Under the pieces are notes generated by a model. That model was not told the DNA's origin. It saw only the letters and a list, made by a program, of their open reading frames with translations, and ran no database searches. A DNA stretch of 64,000 nucleotides from positions 32,001 through 96,000 of the forward strand of contig CAWJKT010000011.1 in the NCBI GenBank assembly GCA_963843375.1, read 5' to 3'. The DNA comes from an uncultured Pseudomonadota bacterium. Lineage in GTDB: Bacteria > Oederibacteriota > Muellerivitia > Muellerivitales > Muellerivitaceae. The position numbers were made by a program, and so were the translations under genes. Positions within the stretch are counted from its first letter, which is position 1. Each line of letters begins with the position of its first letter. This document shows positions 48,020 to 57,879 of the stretch, piece after piece.

Positions 48020-48961
48020 ATGCCTGAAAAGCGCCGGATAACGCCTTGCCCCGCTTGCGGCCAAAAAGACGGGTTCACGGACTATTGTCCCGCTTCATTT
48101 TTGAAGGGGGACGAACGCTGGATTAGGGAATGCGGCAACTGTCACTTGTCTGTGCTTTGGCCCTTGCCTAAAGATAAGGAACTCAGAGCTTTTTATAATC
48201 AAGGCTATTACAATCTCAACCGTTCCGTCGAGGAAGGGAAAGGTTATTACTACGCCCGGTTGTTGCAGCGCATCGCGGAAAAAGGCAGATTCCTGGATAT
48301 CGGCTGCGCAACCGGCTTCTTTTTAAGCGGAATTCGTCAAAATTGCGCCTGGGAGGTTTATGGACAGGAAACGGGAAAAGCGGCGGCAGCCTACGCCCGT
48401 AAAAAACTGGGGCTACAAGTCAAGGATGTCCCCCTGGAGAAAACCCATTACTCGAGAGATTATTTTGATTTCATCCACCTCAACAACGTCCTGGAACATG
48501 TTCCCGACCCCGCAGTGGTCATGGCGGAGGTTGCCCGTATTCTAAAACCAGGGGGATGCCTCTATCTGGCTGTTCCCAATGGCGGGGTGGATCGGTTCGG
48601 ATACCGGGATTACCACATCCGGTTGGGGGTCCGAGCGGCAAGCATGGATGGGCATCTTTATTTTTTCAGCCCTCTGTCGTTGTCCCTCTTGGCTCAAAAG
48701 GCGGGTCTTCAGATCAATAAATTCTATAGCAGCGGTCTCAAGCGCGCTTTACGCGTCCTGGGATACTGGCCCCGCAAGCGGGGTTGGGAACGGGCTTATC
48801 AGGGACGCGAGTCCGGCGAAAGCAGCGTGGAAAAGGCCGTGACGGAAGGCCGCTCCTACCCAAAGCTTTATTACCTTTGGAAACACAGTGAGGAACATTT
48901 ATTTCGGTTTCCGGGTTATCTTCCATGCACCTACGATTTCAACCTTTATTTGATCAAGTGA
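48020..48961 (+). CDS. class I SAM methyltransferase with N-terminal Zn-finger
   Basis: CPAC...CGNC, FLDIGCATG, VLEHVPDP, LKPGG. Confidence 0.85.
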   Translation: MPEKRRITPCPACGQKDGFTDYCPASFLKGDERWIRECGNCHLSVLWPLPKDKELRAFYNQGYYNLNRSVEEGKGYYYARLLQRIAEKGRFLDIGCATGFFLSGIRQNCAWEVYGQETGKAAAAYARKKLGLQVKDVPLEKTHYSRDYFDFIHLNNVLEHVPDPAVVMAEVARILKPGGCLYLAVPNGGVDRFGYRDYHIRLGVRAASMDGHLYFFSPLSLSLLAQKAGLQINKFYSSGLKRALRVLGYWPRKRGWERAYQGRESGESSVEKAVTEGRSYPKLYYLWKHSEEHLFRFPGYLPCTYDFNLYLIK

Positions 48962-48982
48962 AATCGCGGGGTTTGGGCTTCT

Positions 48983-50491
48983 CTAACGGTTTTGGAGATC
49001 CTTGAGCGAAAAAGCCGGGATATAAAAACCCTTTTCTTCCTTCTTCCACCATTGCCCGGTTTGAGCCTTTTCTGAAAAATTCGTGAAATCATATTGCTCC
49101 AACTTAGCTCGAATAAAAAGCGGCGGCCCATCCGGGAAGGGATTGGTTTTTAAAAGATTGATAACGTCAGGAGATCCCTGAAGGAGTCGGACCAGGAAAT
49201 TCACAAACCAGGGATTGTCCCGAACGTCCCCCAGGGCCGCGAACCACATTTGCCAGTCCAAACGTGGCTGGTAGGGCGCTACATAAACGGGAGCCCGCTT
49301 CAAATCCCCGGCTTTCCATCGAAACTCATAAGGCGACCACTGAACTCCGTCGCGGCTTCCCTCCACCAAAATCTCAGGGCGGGTCGTCGTCATGACGGCG
49401 AAAAGCCCGTAGGAATTGACGGACCGGAAAGGTTCGGTCAAACGCAAGGGCAGCTCTAACAAATCTGGCAAGGGGAACCGCCCGCCAAGGGTGTAAAGCA
49501 TTTGTATTAGGGACAGGTAAATCACCAATGTCGCCAGGGGAACTGTGACCCAGGGAGTCCAAGGCATCGAAGGCTTATTAGGGTTCGCCCTCAAGGTTGC
49601 CCAATAAGCTTTCCACCAACGGGGATAAGCTTCGTCGTCCAGGGTGAAAAAGCAGAGGCCCAAAGCGAGTAAATTAAAAAAGCAATAGTTTCCCGTCAGG
49701 GTGATCAACAATTGGAGTGATACCAAAAAGCCGAAGGCCCAGGGCCTCAAACGCCGGGGACCGAATATGAAAAAGGGAACGATCAACTCTACCCCGAACA
49801 TGAAAAGGCAGGACCCTTTTTGAAACCATCCGGGAAGCTGGTTGAAATACCAGGCCAGGGTCGTGGGAAGGGGTTGGGTTTCATAATGAAATTGAAGGGC
49901 GGTCAAATGCCGCCAGGCGGGGTCCCCGCTGGTGAGTTTGACGACGCCTGAGGAAAACAGGAGACGGAACAGGAGCCATTGGAAAAGCAAGAGAATGATC
50001 CGCGGGGGCGGGTTTTTATCGGATGGGGCCACCCGGATCGCGAGCGGAACCAAAAAAATCCCGAGAAAACCCGATTCCAAAAGAAGGTTGTCCCATTGAA
50101 AACCCAGGAACTCCTGGCCTGCCGAAACTAAAGAAAGATAAAGAATCCAAAGCAGGGACAGGCAAAAGAGAGGCAGCCAATCCAAAAGAAGAAGAAGGGA
50201 AAGCACGACTCCCGCCCCGCAAAGTAAATGGAGGAAGCTGTTGCTGTCGTTGAACCAACAGAGGGTGGGAACCTCCCAATAGGCCTTGGACCCCAACTCT
50301 ACTTGGGCCTCGCTGAGGAAAATCCGAAGAGGCAGGATTCCCCTCTCCCCAATCAAGCCATTCACCTGAACCCCAAAAGATCCGAAAGCCGCTAAATAGC
50401 AAAGGGCCAAAATCTTGAGGAAAACCCACCGGCTAGAAAAGTAGGCCGGGGGTATGACTGCTTCGTCGTTATTCTTTAGGTCGTGGGTCAT
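48983..50491 (-). CDS. lipase maturation factor family membrane protein
   Basis: FQWDNLLLE, HYETQPLP, TGNYCFFN, YGLFAVMT, PYQPRLDWQMWFAA. Confidence 0.93.
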   Translation of the reverse strand: MTHDLKNNDEAVIPPAYFSSRWVFLKILALCYLAAFGSFGVQVNGLIGERGILPLRIFLSEAQVELGSKAYWEVPTLCWFNDSNSFLHLLCGAGVVLSLLLLLDWLPLFCLSLLWILYLSLVSAGQEFLGFQWDNLLLESGFLGIFLVPLAIRVAPSDKNPPPRIILLLFQWLLFRLLFSSGVVKLTSGDPAWRHLTALQFHYETQPLPTTLAWYFNQLPGWFQKGSCLFMFGVELIVPFFIFGPRRLRPWAFGFLVSLQLLITLTGNYCFFNLLALGLCFFTLDDEAYPRWWKAYWATLRANPNKPSMPWTPWVTVPLATLVIYLSLIQMLYTLGGRFPLPDLLELPLRLTEPFRSVNSYGLFAVMTTTRPEILVEGSRDGVQWSPYEFRWKAGDLKRAPVYVAPYQPRLDWQMWFAALGDVRDNPWFVNFLVRLLQGSPDVINLLKTNPFPDGPPLFIRAKLEQYDFTNFSEKAQTGQWWKKEEKGFYIPAFSLKDLQNR

Positions 50492-50649
50492 CTTAATCGC
50501 TTATTCTTAATCTAAAGCCGAGGATGATTTCAGGCCGGATGTACAATAACGGCAGGTAAAAAAATAGTTCCAATCTCAATATTTTTCATCCATTTATCCA
50601 AGTTTTTCATAAAATGAACAGGTTTTCAAAATAAAATAAAAAGAAAAAA

Positions 50650-51465
50650 ATGAACGACACGCTAGATGATTCCAAATACGCAAAAGGCACGGGGATTTTC
50701 TCTATATATGAAAAGGTCGAACTCCCGTCTGAACCCAAGAAACGCTGCTTAGCCCTGCTGGATTTGGGGAACGACAGCCTTTTAGCCAATGATTTCAATA
50801 TCCTGGACTTCGTGCCTTATCCCGGACTTGGGAACGTGGGGACGGATGAGCCGCTTAAATATTCCTGGATCCTTTCTGAGTCCCACCGAGTTTTGATTTA
50901 TGATCCCAAGACCAAACGTTTGATCGATGAGCTTTATACCTGTAGCCCCGAGAAAGACGGGCGCCTGATGTTCGAGAAAACCAATAAACTCGTCAAGAAG
51001 CCCACCAAGACAGTTACTCTGAATGAGATCGTAGGCAAGGAAATGGCTCTGAAGGAAGAGCCGGATAAGCTGTTTCATTCGGTCAAGAAAGCTTCTAGTA
51101 AACTGCGCTTTGCCCCGGACTCCAACTATTGCGTTTCGGCAGTCTTTTTCGACATTCCCGACCGGAAACTCGACGAGGACAGCTTGGAACTGATGCTTAC
51201 CAAAGCCCTCAATAAGGATGATCAGAAACCGGTCATCGAGTCCGCTTGCCGCTATGATCCCCAGGGCTATACCTACATCCACCAGTCGCCCAAGCATTTT
51301 GCGGGTCTCCACAGCTATCCGGGTACCCTCAAATCGGCCCACTTGAGCCTGATTGGGACGGGGAGCGCCATCATCTCGGTGCTGGAGGATATGGAAGAGG
51401 TGGTCTACACCCGTAAGAAAACCGAGCCCACCATTAGCGTGAAGATCGTCGCTGAGGATTTTTAA
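50650..51465 (+). CDS. hypothetical protein
   Basis: 271-aa standalone ORF with no motif I recognise. Confidence 0.65.
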   Translation: MNDTLDDSKYAKGTGIFSIYEKVELPSEPKKRCLALLDLGNDSLLANDFNILDFVPYPGLGNVGTDEPLKYSWILSESHRVLIYDPKTKRLIDELYTCSPEKDGRLMFEKTNKLVKKPTKTVTLNEIVGKEMALKEEPDKLFHSVKKASSKLRFAPDSNYCVSAVFFDIPDRKLDEDSLELMLTKALNKDDQKPVIESACRYDPQGYTYIHQSPKHFAGLHSYPGTLKSAHLSLIGTGSAIISVLEDMEEVVYTRKKTEPTISVKIVAEDF

Positions 51466-51574
51466 GGTCTCAGGATCATGGATACCCAATCTGATGGGGA
51501 TCATAAAGGTTTTTTCGGTTTTCCTTTAAAATTTCATTCCAAGGTTTCCCATTTCTTCCTAGAAGGATGAGCCA

Positions 51575-51808
51575 ATGGCCCTTGGAATCGGAACTTACGC
51601 CCAATGCATTAATTGCTGTGATTGCGAGGGGAAGGTAAGGCTTCTACATGCACGTGCATTGCCATGGCGGCGCAAAGGAAACATCCACGTTGAATTCGAC
51701 ACCATTTGCCCTCACTGCGGGCGATGGGACACCTCCATCCGGGTGTTGGAAGACCTTCCCGAAAGCGAGAGGGTTTTTTGCCATAAGGAAAAACTGATAG
51801 GGTTTTAA
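51575..51808 (+). CDS. small Cys-rich (Zn-ribbon-like) protein
   Basis: CINCCDC...CPHC; SD-like AAGGA. Confidence 0.5.
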   Translation: MALGIGTYAQCINCCDCEGKVRLLHARALPWRRKGNIHVEFDTICPHCGRWDTSIRVLEDLPESERVFCHKEKLIGF

Positions 51809-51837
51809 TTTAATCAAAATTTTTAGAGGGGTGAAAC

Positions 51838-52065
51838 TTAACCGATGAATGCGGCTCGGATGGCCAGTTTTCGGTTTTTAGGATCCCGTTCAAAGGCGTT
51901 CTTCAGCATTTCCTGTTCAGCCTCCAACCAATCCCCGTTATCCGCTCCATGCGAAGCGCCGCGATATAGCCAATTAAAATAAGCGGATTCGGAGTCAGAC
52001 TTTCTCTTCTTTTCCAGCAAAGTCTCAACATTCGATTTGGGTCGCTTGCTTTTGATATAAATCAT
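51838..52065 (-). CDS. DUF2934-like small protein
   Basis: AYFNWLYRG...G...DWLEAEQE motif. Confidence 0.7.
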   Translation of the reverse strand: MIYIKSKRPKSNVETLLEKKRKSDSESAYFNWLYRGASHGADNGDWLEAEQEMLKNAFERDPKNRKLAIRAAFIG

Positions 52066-52297
52066 TATATTGTTCGCTTTTCCTTTACGGGTTTAGTGCC
52101 AGTTTATTCATCGTACGACTTCTGGATAAAGAAAACAGGGGAGACAGGTTTGTTATTGGAAAGTCAGGAAGGTTTTGGAGGGAACAATCCGCCCTATGGA
52201 GGGCTTTCATCGCCTTTTCATGGGTTAGTCGGTTGAATCAAGGGGGATAGTTTCCCTTACAATGACCACTCAATAACGGCTCAAGGACGGAGAAACA

Positions 52298-53500
52298 TTG
52301 ATGGTTTCAAAAATACGGTTGAAGTTTGTCTTATTCCTTTTGGCCTTATCGTTGGGCACGTCTTTTTTATTTTCAACCGCCCGGGCGGGAACCTTTCCCC
52401 TGGTCCATTTGAAAGTGGCTTTCCCCAATTTAAAATTCAAGATGCCCGTCTGGTTGACTGCTCCACCCCACGATACCCGCCGCCTTTTCGTGTTGGAGCA
52501 AAAAGGGAAAGTCCTTGTTTTTAAAAACAAGTTCACTGTCCGTCAGGCTTCGGTATTCCTAGATTTAACCCGCAAGGTCCGGACGGTTCACGCCGAGGAG
52601 GGCTTGCTGTGCCTGGCTTTCCATCCCTCCTTCCTGAAGAACGGACTTTTTTATGTTTACTACACCGCCTCCAATCCCCATCGGGAAGTGCTGTCGGAAT
52701 TCCATGTTTCACGCCGAAATCCCAACCAGGCTGACCCTTCGAGCGAAAGGGTACTCCTGGAAATCCCGAAACATTTCGGGAATCACAATGGCTCCACATT
52801 GGTTTTCGGGCCGGATGGTTATCTTTATTTCGGCTTGGGGGATGGTGGCGGGGCAGGGGACCCGAATAACAACGCTCAGAACCTGAAAAGCCTTTGGGGC
52901 AAGATTTTGAGGATCGACGTGAACCATCGGGACTCTGGAATGGCTTATGCCATTCCGAAAGACAATCCCTTCGCGGGCCAGGCGAACGCACGGGGGGAAA
53001 TTTGGGCTTATGGAATGCGAAATCCCTGGCGCATGAGTTTTGACCGCCGGACCGGGGACCTTTGGGTCGGGGACGTGGGTCAGGATAAGTGGGAAGAGAT
53101 CGACATTATACAGAAGGGCGCAAACTATGGCTGGCCCATCATGGAAGGCAACCATTTTTATAAGTCCACACCCCCGGCGACAGGCCCCCTTACCCCGCCG
53201 GTTTTGGATTATCCGCACCGGCCCAAGGATTCGGACAAACCCGTGTCTTTCACCGGGGCCTGCATTACGGGGGGCTATGTTTACAGGGGGTCGAAATTGA
53301 AAGGTTTTGAGGGTGCTTACTTTTACGCGGATTATATTTTGGGATGGGTGAGGGCCTTAAGGGTTGAAAATGGAGTCGTGACGGTGGATGAAAAAGTCAT
53401 CGAACAGCCGGAGAATATTTCTTCTTTTGGGGAAGACGACAAAGGCGAGATTTATTTGCTAGGCTACTCCAACGGACGGGTGTATCGGCTGGAGGAATAA
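52298..53500 (+). CDS. PQQ-dependent glucose/sorbosone dehydrogenase family protein
   Basis: EEGLLCLAFHP, NHNG...FGPDGYLY, GKILRIDV, AYGMRNPWR, GANYGWP. Confidence 0.92.
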   Translation: MMVSKIRLKFVLFLLALSLGTSFLFSTARAGTFPLVHLKVAFPNLKFKMPVWLTAPPHDTRRLFVLEQKGKVLVFKNKFTVRQASVFLDLTRKVRTVHAEEGLLCLAFHPSFLKNGLFYVYYTASNPHREVLSEFHVSRRNPNQADPSSERVLLEIPKHFGNHNGSTLVFGPDGYLYFGLGDGGGAGDPNNNAQNLKSLWGKILRIDVNHRDSGMAYAIPKDNPFAGQANARGEIWAYGMRNPWRMSFDRRTGDLWVGDVGQDKWEEIDIIQKGANYGWPIMEGNHFYKSTPPATGPLTPPVLDYPHRPKDSDKPVSFTGACITGGYVYRGSKLKGFEGAYFYADYILGWVRALRVENGVVTVDEKVIEQPENISSFGEDDKGEIYLLGYSNGRVYRLEE

Positions 53501-53546
53501 GTAACGATCCACAAACTCATCTTTTTAGATTATCCTGTACCCGTTT

Positions 53547-54434
53547 ATGACACATTCCACTTTAAATCACCCAAATCTCCCAACGCCTTCCTTCCTTATC
53601 AACCCACACCCCAAGCATGTATTCCGGGAGGCGATCGCGCGACTTCCCATGAACGGCATACATACCATCTGCGAGGAAGCCAAATGTCCCAACCGGGGAG
53701 AATGCCTGCCATATCACGGGACCATTTCCATTATGGTGATGGGCTCTATTTGCACGCGGGGCTGCCCCTTTTGTGCCGTCACCACGGGTAAGCCCTTACC
53801 ACTCAACCCCGATGAACCCCAAAAGGTGGTGGAGATTGCCCGCGCGCTGAAAGTGCGTTACCTGGTAATGACCTCACCCAATCGGGATGAATTGGAGGAC
53901 GGAGGGGCTGGTCAATTTGTGAAAATCGTCAAGGCTTTACGTGACTTCAACCCGGCCTTGAAAATCGAAATTCTTGTGCCCGATTTTCAAGGCAAGGAAA
54001 AATCCTACGAGGTTCTTCTTCAAAACCCGCCGGACGTCCTCGCCCACGATCTGCAGACTATCCCCCGGCTTTATGGCCCCATCCGGCCTGGGGCTGAATA
54101 TGAAAGATCCCTCGACCTATTCCGGTGGTTCAAGAGCCATACGGATCCTTCCAAGGTGATGTTGAAAGCTGGGCTGATGGTGGGCTTCGGGGAAAAAGAG
54201 TCCGAAGTGAAAGAAGTGCTTTTCGACGCGGCAAAAGCCGGTGTGAAATATTTCACCATCGGCCAATATTTGAAGCCTCCCGGCTCCACGTTGGAAGTAG
54301 GGGAATATGTGCCCTTGGAACGCTACGACCATTGGTCCCAAGAGGGGACCAGGCTGGGTCTTACCGTTCAGGCCTCGCCCCTGACCCGGTCCAGCTATCT
54401 TGCGGACCGGCTGGCGTCCATAAAAAAAAGATGA
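53547..54434 (+). CDS. lipA: lipoyl synthase
   Basis: CEEAKCPNRGEC (CX4CX5C), CTRGCPFC (radical SAM), IGQYL, C-terminal RSSY. Confidence 0.9.
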   Translation: MTHSTLNHPNLPTPSFLINPHPKHVFREAIARLPMNGIHTICEEAKCPNRGECLPYHGTISIMVMGSICTRGCPFCAVTTGKPLPLNPDEPQKVVEIARALKVRYLVMTSPNRDELEDGGAGQFVKIVKALRDFNPALKIEILVPDFQGKEKSYEVLLQNPPDVLAHDLQTIPRLYGPIRPGAEYERSLDLFRWFKSHTDPSKVMLKAGLMVGFGEKESEVKEVLFDAAKAGVKYFTIGQYLKPPGSTLEVGEYVPLERYDHWSQEGTRLGLTVQASPLTRSSYLADRLASIKKR

Positions 54435-55243
54435 AGCCCTCCGGCATTCAAACTCCAAGGGAAAAAAATTCCACGATTGGTTTTAAACTTTTCCCTTTTA
54501 GCCAATTTTTTATACCTCTCATCGTGCCGGGGCTGGTCCTGATCCTTTGGCAAGTCTTGAGCGATCAGGGAGTTTTCAAGTCCTCTTACCTTCCTTCTCC
54601 CCTGGTCATTGGAAAAACACTCTTGGAGCTGATTATCTCGGGCGAATTATGGGGCAACTTGAAAGTCAGTTTCCTGCGGGTCCTGGAAGGGTTCGCCCTG
54701 GGGGCGGGGCTTGGAATTGTTCTGGGATTGGCGATGGGCCTTTCGTCTCGCATGGAGCGGACGCTTTCTCTTTTGACAGGACTGCTCAGGCCCGTTCCTA
54801 CCATCGCCTGGATTCCCCTGCTCATCCTTTGGCTGGGAATCGGGGAAGGCTCCAAGGTGGTCGTTATTGCAGTGGGAAGCTTTTGGCCGGTGCTCTTGAA
54901 CCTGATCCAGGGCGTGCGCGGTACTGACCCCCGTTACCTGGAAGTGGCCCGGGTGCTGGAAAAGGACCGGTGGACCCTTTTAACCCGGGTGATTCTTCCC
55001 TCGTCATTGCCCTCCCTCTTTACCGGTCTTCGCGTGGGGATGGGGATCGCCTGGGCTTCGGTGGTAGGCGCGGAATTGATCGCGGCCTCTTCCGGTATCG
55101 GCTACATGATCATGTACGCTCGGGAAGTATCCCAACCTGACGTGATGCTGGTGGGGGTGGCAGCCATCGGCTTGACCGGCCTCCTGATTGACTACCTCAT
55201 TCTTTGGGCGGAGCGTCGCCTTTTAAAATGGAACGCAAGGTAA
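54431..55243 (+). CDS. ssuC: ABC transporter permease, SsuC/TauC type
   Basis: LPSP, RPVPTIAWIPL, EAA loop, VGAELIAASSGIGY; ATGA overlap with lipA. Confidence 0.8.
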   Translation: MKPSGIQTPREKNSTIGFKLFPFSQFFIPLIVPGLVLILWQVLSDQGVFKSSYLPSPLVIGKTLLELIISGELWGNLKVSFLRVLEGFALGAGLGIVLGLAMGLSSRMERTLSLLTGLLRPVPTIAWIPLLILWLGIGEGSKVVVIAVGSFWPVLLNLIQGVRGTDPRYLEVARVLEKDRWTLLTRVILPSSLPSLFTGLRVGMGIAWASVVGAELIAASSGIGYMIMYAREVSQPDVMLVGVAAIGLTGLLIDYLILWAERRLLKWNAR

Positions 55244-55248
55244 CCCCC

Positions 55249-56031
55249 GTGAATCCAGGCGCTTCCCTTACAATCCGTAACATTTATAAAAATTACACCC
55301 TTGCCTCGGGTGAGCTTGCCGTTTTATCGGATATCCAGCTGACAGTGAAGCCGGGGGAATTCGTATCACTAGTGGGAGCCAGCGGCTGCGGAAAATCCAC
55401 CCTGCTTCGGATAATCGGCGGATTGGAAAAGGCCGATGGTGGAGAAATCCTTTTGGATGGAAAACCGGTCGCGAAACCGGGTTTGGACCGGGGAATGGTT
55501 TTCCAAGAATCCCGGCTTTTTCCCTGGATGACGGCGGAAGAAAACGTGGCTTTCGGTTGTCCCCGGAATTTCACCCCCGCCGAAATTCGGGAAAGCGTGG
55601 AAAGCCACTTGCGGTTGGTAGGCTTGTCGGGTTTTGAGGGGGCCTACCCCCGCCAATTATCCGGCGGGATGCAGCAACGGGCGGCCATCGCGAGGGCCCT
55701 AGTAGGGCGACCCCGGGCGCTTCTCTTGGATGAGCCTTTCGGCGCACTGGACGCCCTTACCCGCATTCAAATGCAGGAGGAAATTCTAAGGATTTGGCGG
55801 GTCCAAAAAACCACCGTGGTTCTGGTGACCCATGATATGGAGGAGGCGGTGTACCTGGGGGATCGGGTGGCGGTGATGTCACCCCGGCCCGGCACCATCA
55901 AGAAAATCATTCTTGTACCCTTCGCCCGGCCAAGGGATCGTAGCGGTGTTCCCTTTGTTAAAATCCGCAGAAAAATCTACAATGAATTCTTCCAATCCCC
56001 TGAGAGGGAGTCGAAAAGAAAACCGAAATGA
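55249..56031 (+). CDS. ssuB: ABC transporter ATP-binding protein, SsuB/TauB type
   Basis: GASGCGKST, LSGGMQQR, LLLDEPFGALDALTR. Confidence 0.82.
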   Translation: MNPGASLTIRNIYKNYTLASGELAVLSDIQLTVKPGEFVSLVGASGCGKSTLLRIIGGLEKADGGEILLDGKPVAKPGLDRGMVFQESRLFPWMTAEENVAFGCPRNFTPAEIRESVESHLRLVGLSGFEGAYPRQLSGGMQQRAAIARALVGRPRALLLDEPFGALDALTRIQMQEEILRIWRVQKTTVVLVTHDMEEAVYLGDRVAVMSPRPGTIKKIILVPFARPRDRSGVPFVKIRRKIYNEFFQSPERESKRKPK

Positions 56032-56978
56032 AAAAAATGAGATTGTTCCTCTTTACCCTTCTTTTGGTCTTTTCCCAACTTCAGGCCGAGGAAGAAAAAA
56101 TCGTACGTATCGGTTACCAACCTTCTAGCAGCGTGCTTTTAGTGGGCAAGGCCAAGGGTTTTTACGAGAAGGAATTCCTAAAGGACGGAGTGAAGGTGGA
56201 ATGGCAATCCTTCCTTTCGGGCCCGGTCATGATCGAAGCGGCGGCGGGGGACCGGGTAGATTTATTGGCCTTGGGTAACATGCCGCCCCTGGTGGCGAAA
56301 GCCGGGGGTATCGACTTGAAAGTGATCGCTAAGGCCGCCTTTAACCCAGCAACTAACGCCCTTTTGGTGCGGCCCGATTCGCCCATCCATTCGGTCGCGG
56401 ATCTAAAGGGGAAAAAAGTGGCCGCTCAGATTGGATCGAGCGTGCATTTTTTCCTGGGACAACTATTGGCTCGAGCAGGGCTTTCCCTTAAGGACGTTCA
56501 ACTGGTGAACCTGGCGGGGCCGGACCAGGGGCCGGCGCTGGAAAGCGGGGCAGTGGACGCCATCATCCTTTGGATGCCTTACCGCACTCAATTAGAACAG
56601 GCCGGCAAAGCACGGGTAATCGCCGACTCCTCCCATGTGGCAGGAAGCCTGAGCCTTTACGCGGTGAGAACAGACTTCGCCAAAAAGAATCCCTCAAGTG
56701 TGGAGGATTTTCTGAAGGCTACCCAAAAAACGAATGATTACATGAAACGGCATCCGAAGGAAACCCTGGGGCTTCTTTCCAAGGACAGCCAATTTCCAGC
56801 CGCAGCCCTGGCCGAGAGCTTGAATGGATTTGATTGGTCCTTAAAGCTGACATCAGATGACGAAAAGGCCATGGGCGACATTAAAGACTTTCTGCTGGCC
56901 AACCATGTGATACGAAAGGATTTCGACATCAAGGATTTGTTCGACGAAAGCTACGCGCAAAAAGCCGGAGTCCGTTAA
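56028..56978 (+). CDS. ssuA: ABC transporter substrate-binding protein, SsuA type
   Basis: Signal peptide, VRIGYQ, FLSGP, SVADLKGKKVA, GAVDA...WMPY. Confidence 0.8.
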   Translation: MKKMRLFLFTLLLVFSQLQAEEEKIVRIGYQPSSSVLLVGKAKGFYEKEFLKDGVKVEWQSFLSGPVMIEAAAGDRVDLLALGNMPPLVAKAGGIDLKVIAKAAFNPATNALLVRPDSPIHSVADLKGKKVAAQIGSSVHFFLGQLLARAGLSLKDVQLVNLAGPDQGPALESGAVDAIILWMPYRTQLEQAGKARVIADSSHVAGSLSLYAVRTDFAKKNPSSVEDFLKATQKTNDYMKRHPKETLGLLSKDSQFPAAALAESLNGFDWSLKLTSDDEKAMGDIKDFLLANHVIRKDFDIKDLFDESYAQKAGVR

Positions 56979-56982
56979 AAGA

Positions 56983-57300
56983 ATGGAAAGATTTCCCGGG
57001 GATCCGGACGCGTCCCATCATGTCGTTCTATACACCGTCCACCGCCAGCCCCTCTTGGAAGGGGAAATCCGAGGTTTCGCGCAAGTGGCCTTAAAAAACC
57101 TTTCCCATCGCTATCCGGGCCTGCGCGTTGTCGAACACGAAATATATCCCGACCGGGTGGAAATGACTCTCGACTTCCAGCACCTAGATGAGGACCTTCT
57201 TCGGGTCGTGCAATCCTTCAAGGCCGAAGTGAGGAATCTCGCCCGCAAAAAGCACCTAAACGCAGAAGATTTTTGGCAATGGACTTACGAGGAGAGGTAA
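56983..57300 (+). CDS. IS200/RAYT (Y1) transposase-like protein lacking the HUH motif
   Basis: HHVVLYTVHRQPLL...IYPDRVEM (normally MPDHVH)...VQSFKA...FWQWTY. Confidence 0.6.
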   Translation: MERFPGDPDASHHVVLYTVHRQPLLEGEIRGFAQVALKNLSHRYPGLRVVEHEIYPDRVEMTLDFQHLDEDLLRVVQSFKAEVRNLARKKHLNAEDFWQWTYEER

Positions 57301-57381
57301 TCTCAAAGTCCCCCCTTGCTTTTTCTAAGCTCCCCGTCCCAGGTTAACTATTGAGAGCTGACATGGCTTTCGTCATGGACC

Positions 57382-57413
57382 TTGACCTTCTACCTAGGTA
57401 GAGGGTTTAGGTT
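57382..57413 (+). promoter_or_regulatory. MerR-type metal-responsive promoter/operator
   Basis: TTGACC-20 nt-TAGGTT with dyad ACCTTCTACCT/AGGTAGAGGGT (10/11 pairs) at 57385-57406. Confidence 0.8.
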
Positions 57414-57435
57414 GGAGCTCTCAAGGAGAGCTTTC

Positions 57436-57855
57436 ATGAACATGACTATCGGTGCTTTGGCGAAGCGGGCTAAAGTTAACTTGCAGACCCTGCGATATTA
57501 CGAGCGCCGCGAACTCTTATCCCCCGCCTCCCGGGACGCCTCGGGATATCGCGTTTACAACGAAGATTCCCTTCGGAACTTAAAATTTATCCAGCACGCC
57601 CAAGCTTTCGGCTTTTCCCTTAAGGAAATCAAACCTCTTTTGGGGCTGAAAGTGAATTCCAGGGGCGGCTGCCGACAAGCTCGGTTGGAAGCCGAAGCCA
57701 AGGTGTTACAAATCGGCCAAAAAATTGAGTCCTTGCAGCGGATCGCCAAGAACCTGGAGCGCTTGGTGATGGAATCCCGCCGCCAGAAGGGAAAGGGCCC
57801 TTGTCCCATTCTGACGCGTTTTTACGGCGGCGGAGGGACACATGAAAAATTTTGA
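57436..57855 (+). CDS. MerR-family heavy-metal regulator
   Basis: MTIGALAKRAKVNLQTLRYYERRELL...GYRVY...GFSLKEI...CPIL; SD AGGAG. Confidence 0.9.
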   Translation: MNMTIGALAKRAKVNLQTLRYYERRELLSPASRDASGYRVYNEDSLRNLKFIQHAQAFGFSLKEIKPLLGLKVNSRGGCRQARLEAEAKVLQIGQKIESLQRIAKNLERLVMESRRQKGKGPCPILTRFYGGGGTHEKF

Positions 57856-57879
57856 AATTTTTTCCAGCGCAAGGCCTCA

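Noticed and set aside
54125..54430. N-terminal extension of the permease ORF in the track
   Set aside because: Overlaps lipA; the ATG at 54431 with ATGA coupling gives a normal-length permease
57382..57435. TTG start for the MerR ORF
   Set aside because: That TTG is the -35 box; the SD-supported ATG is at 57436
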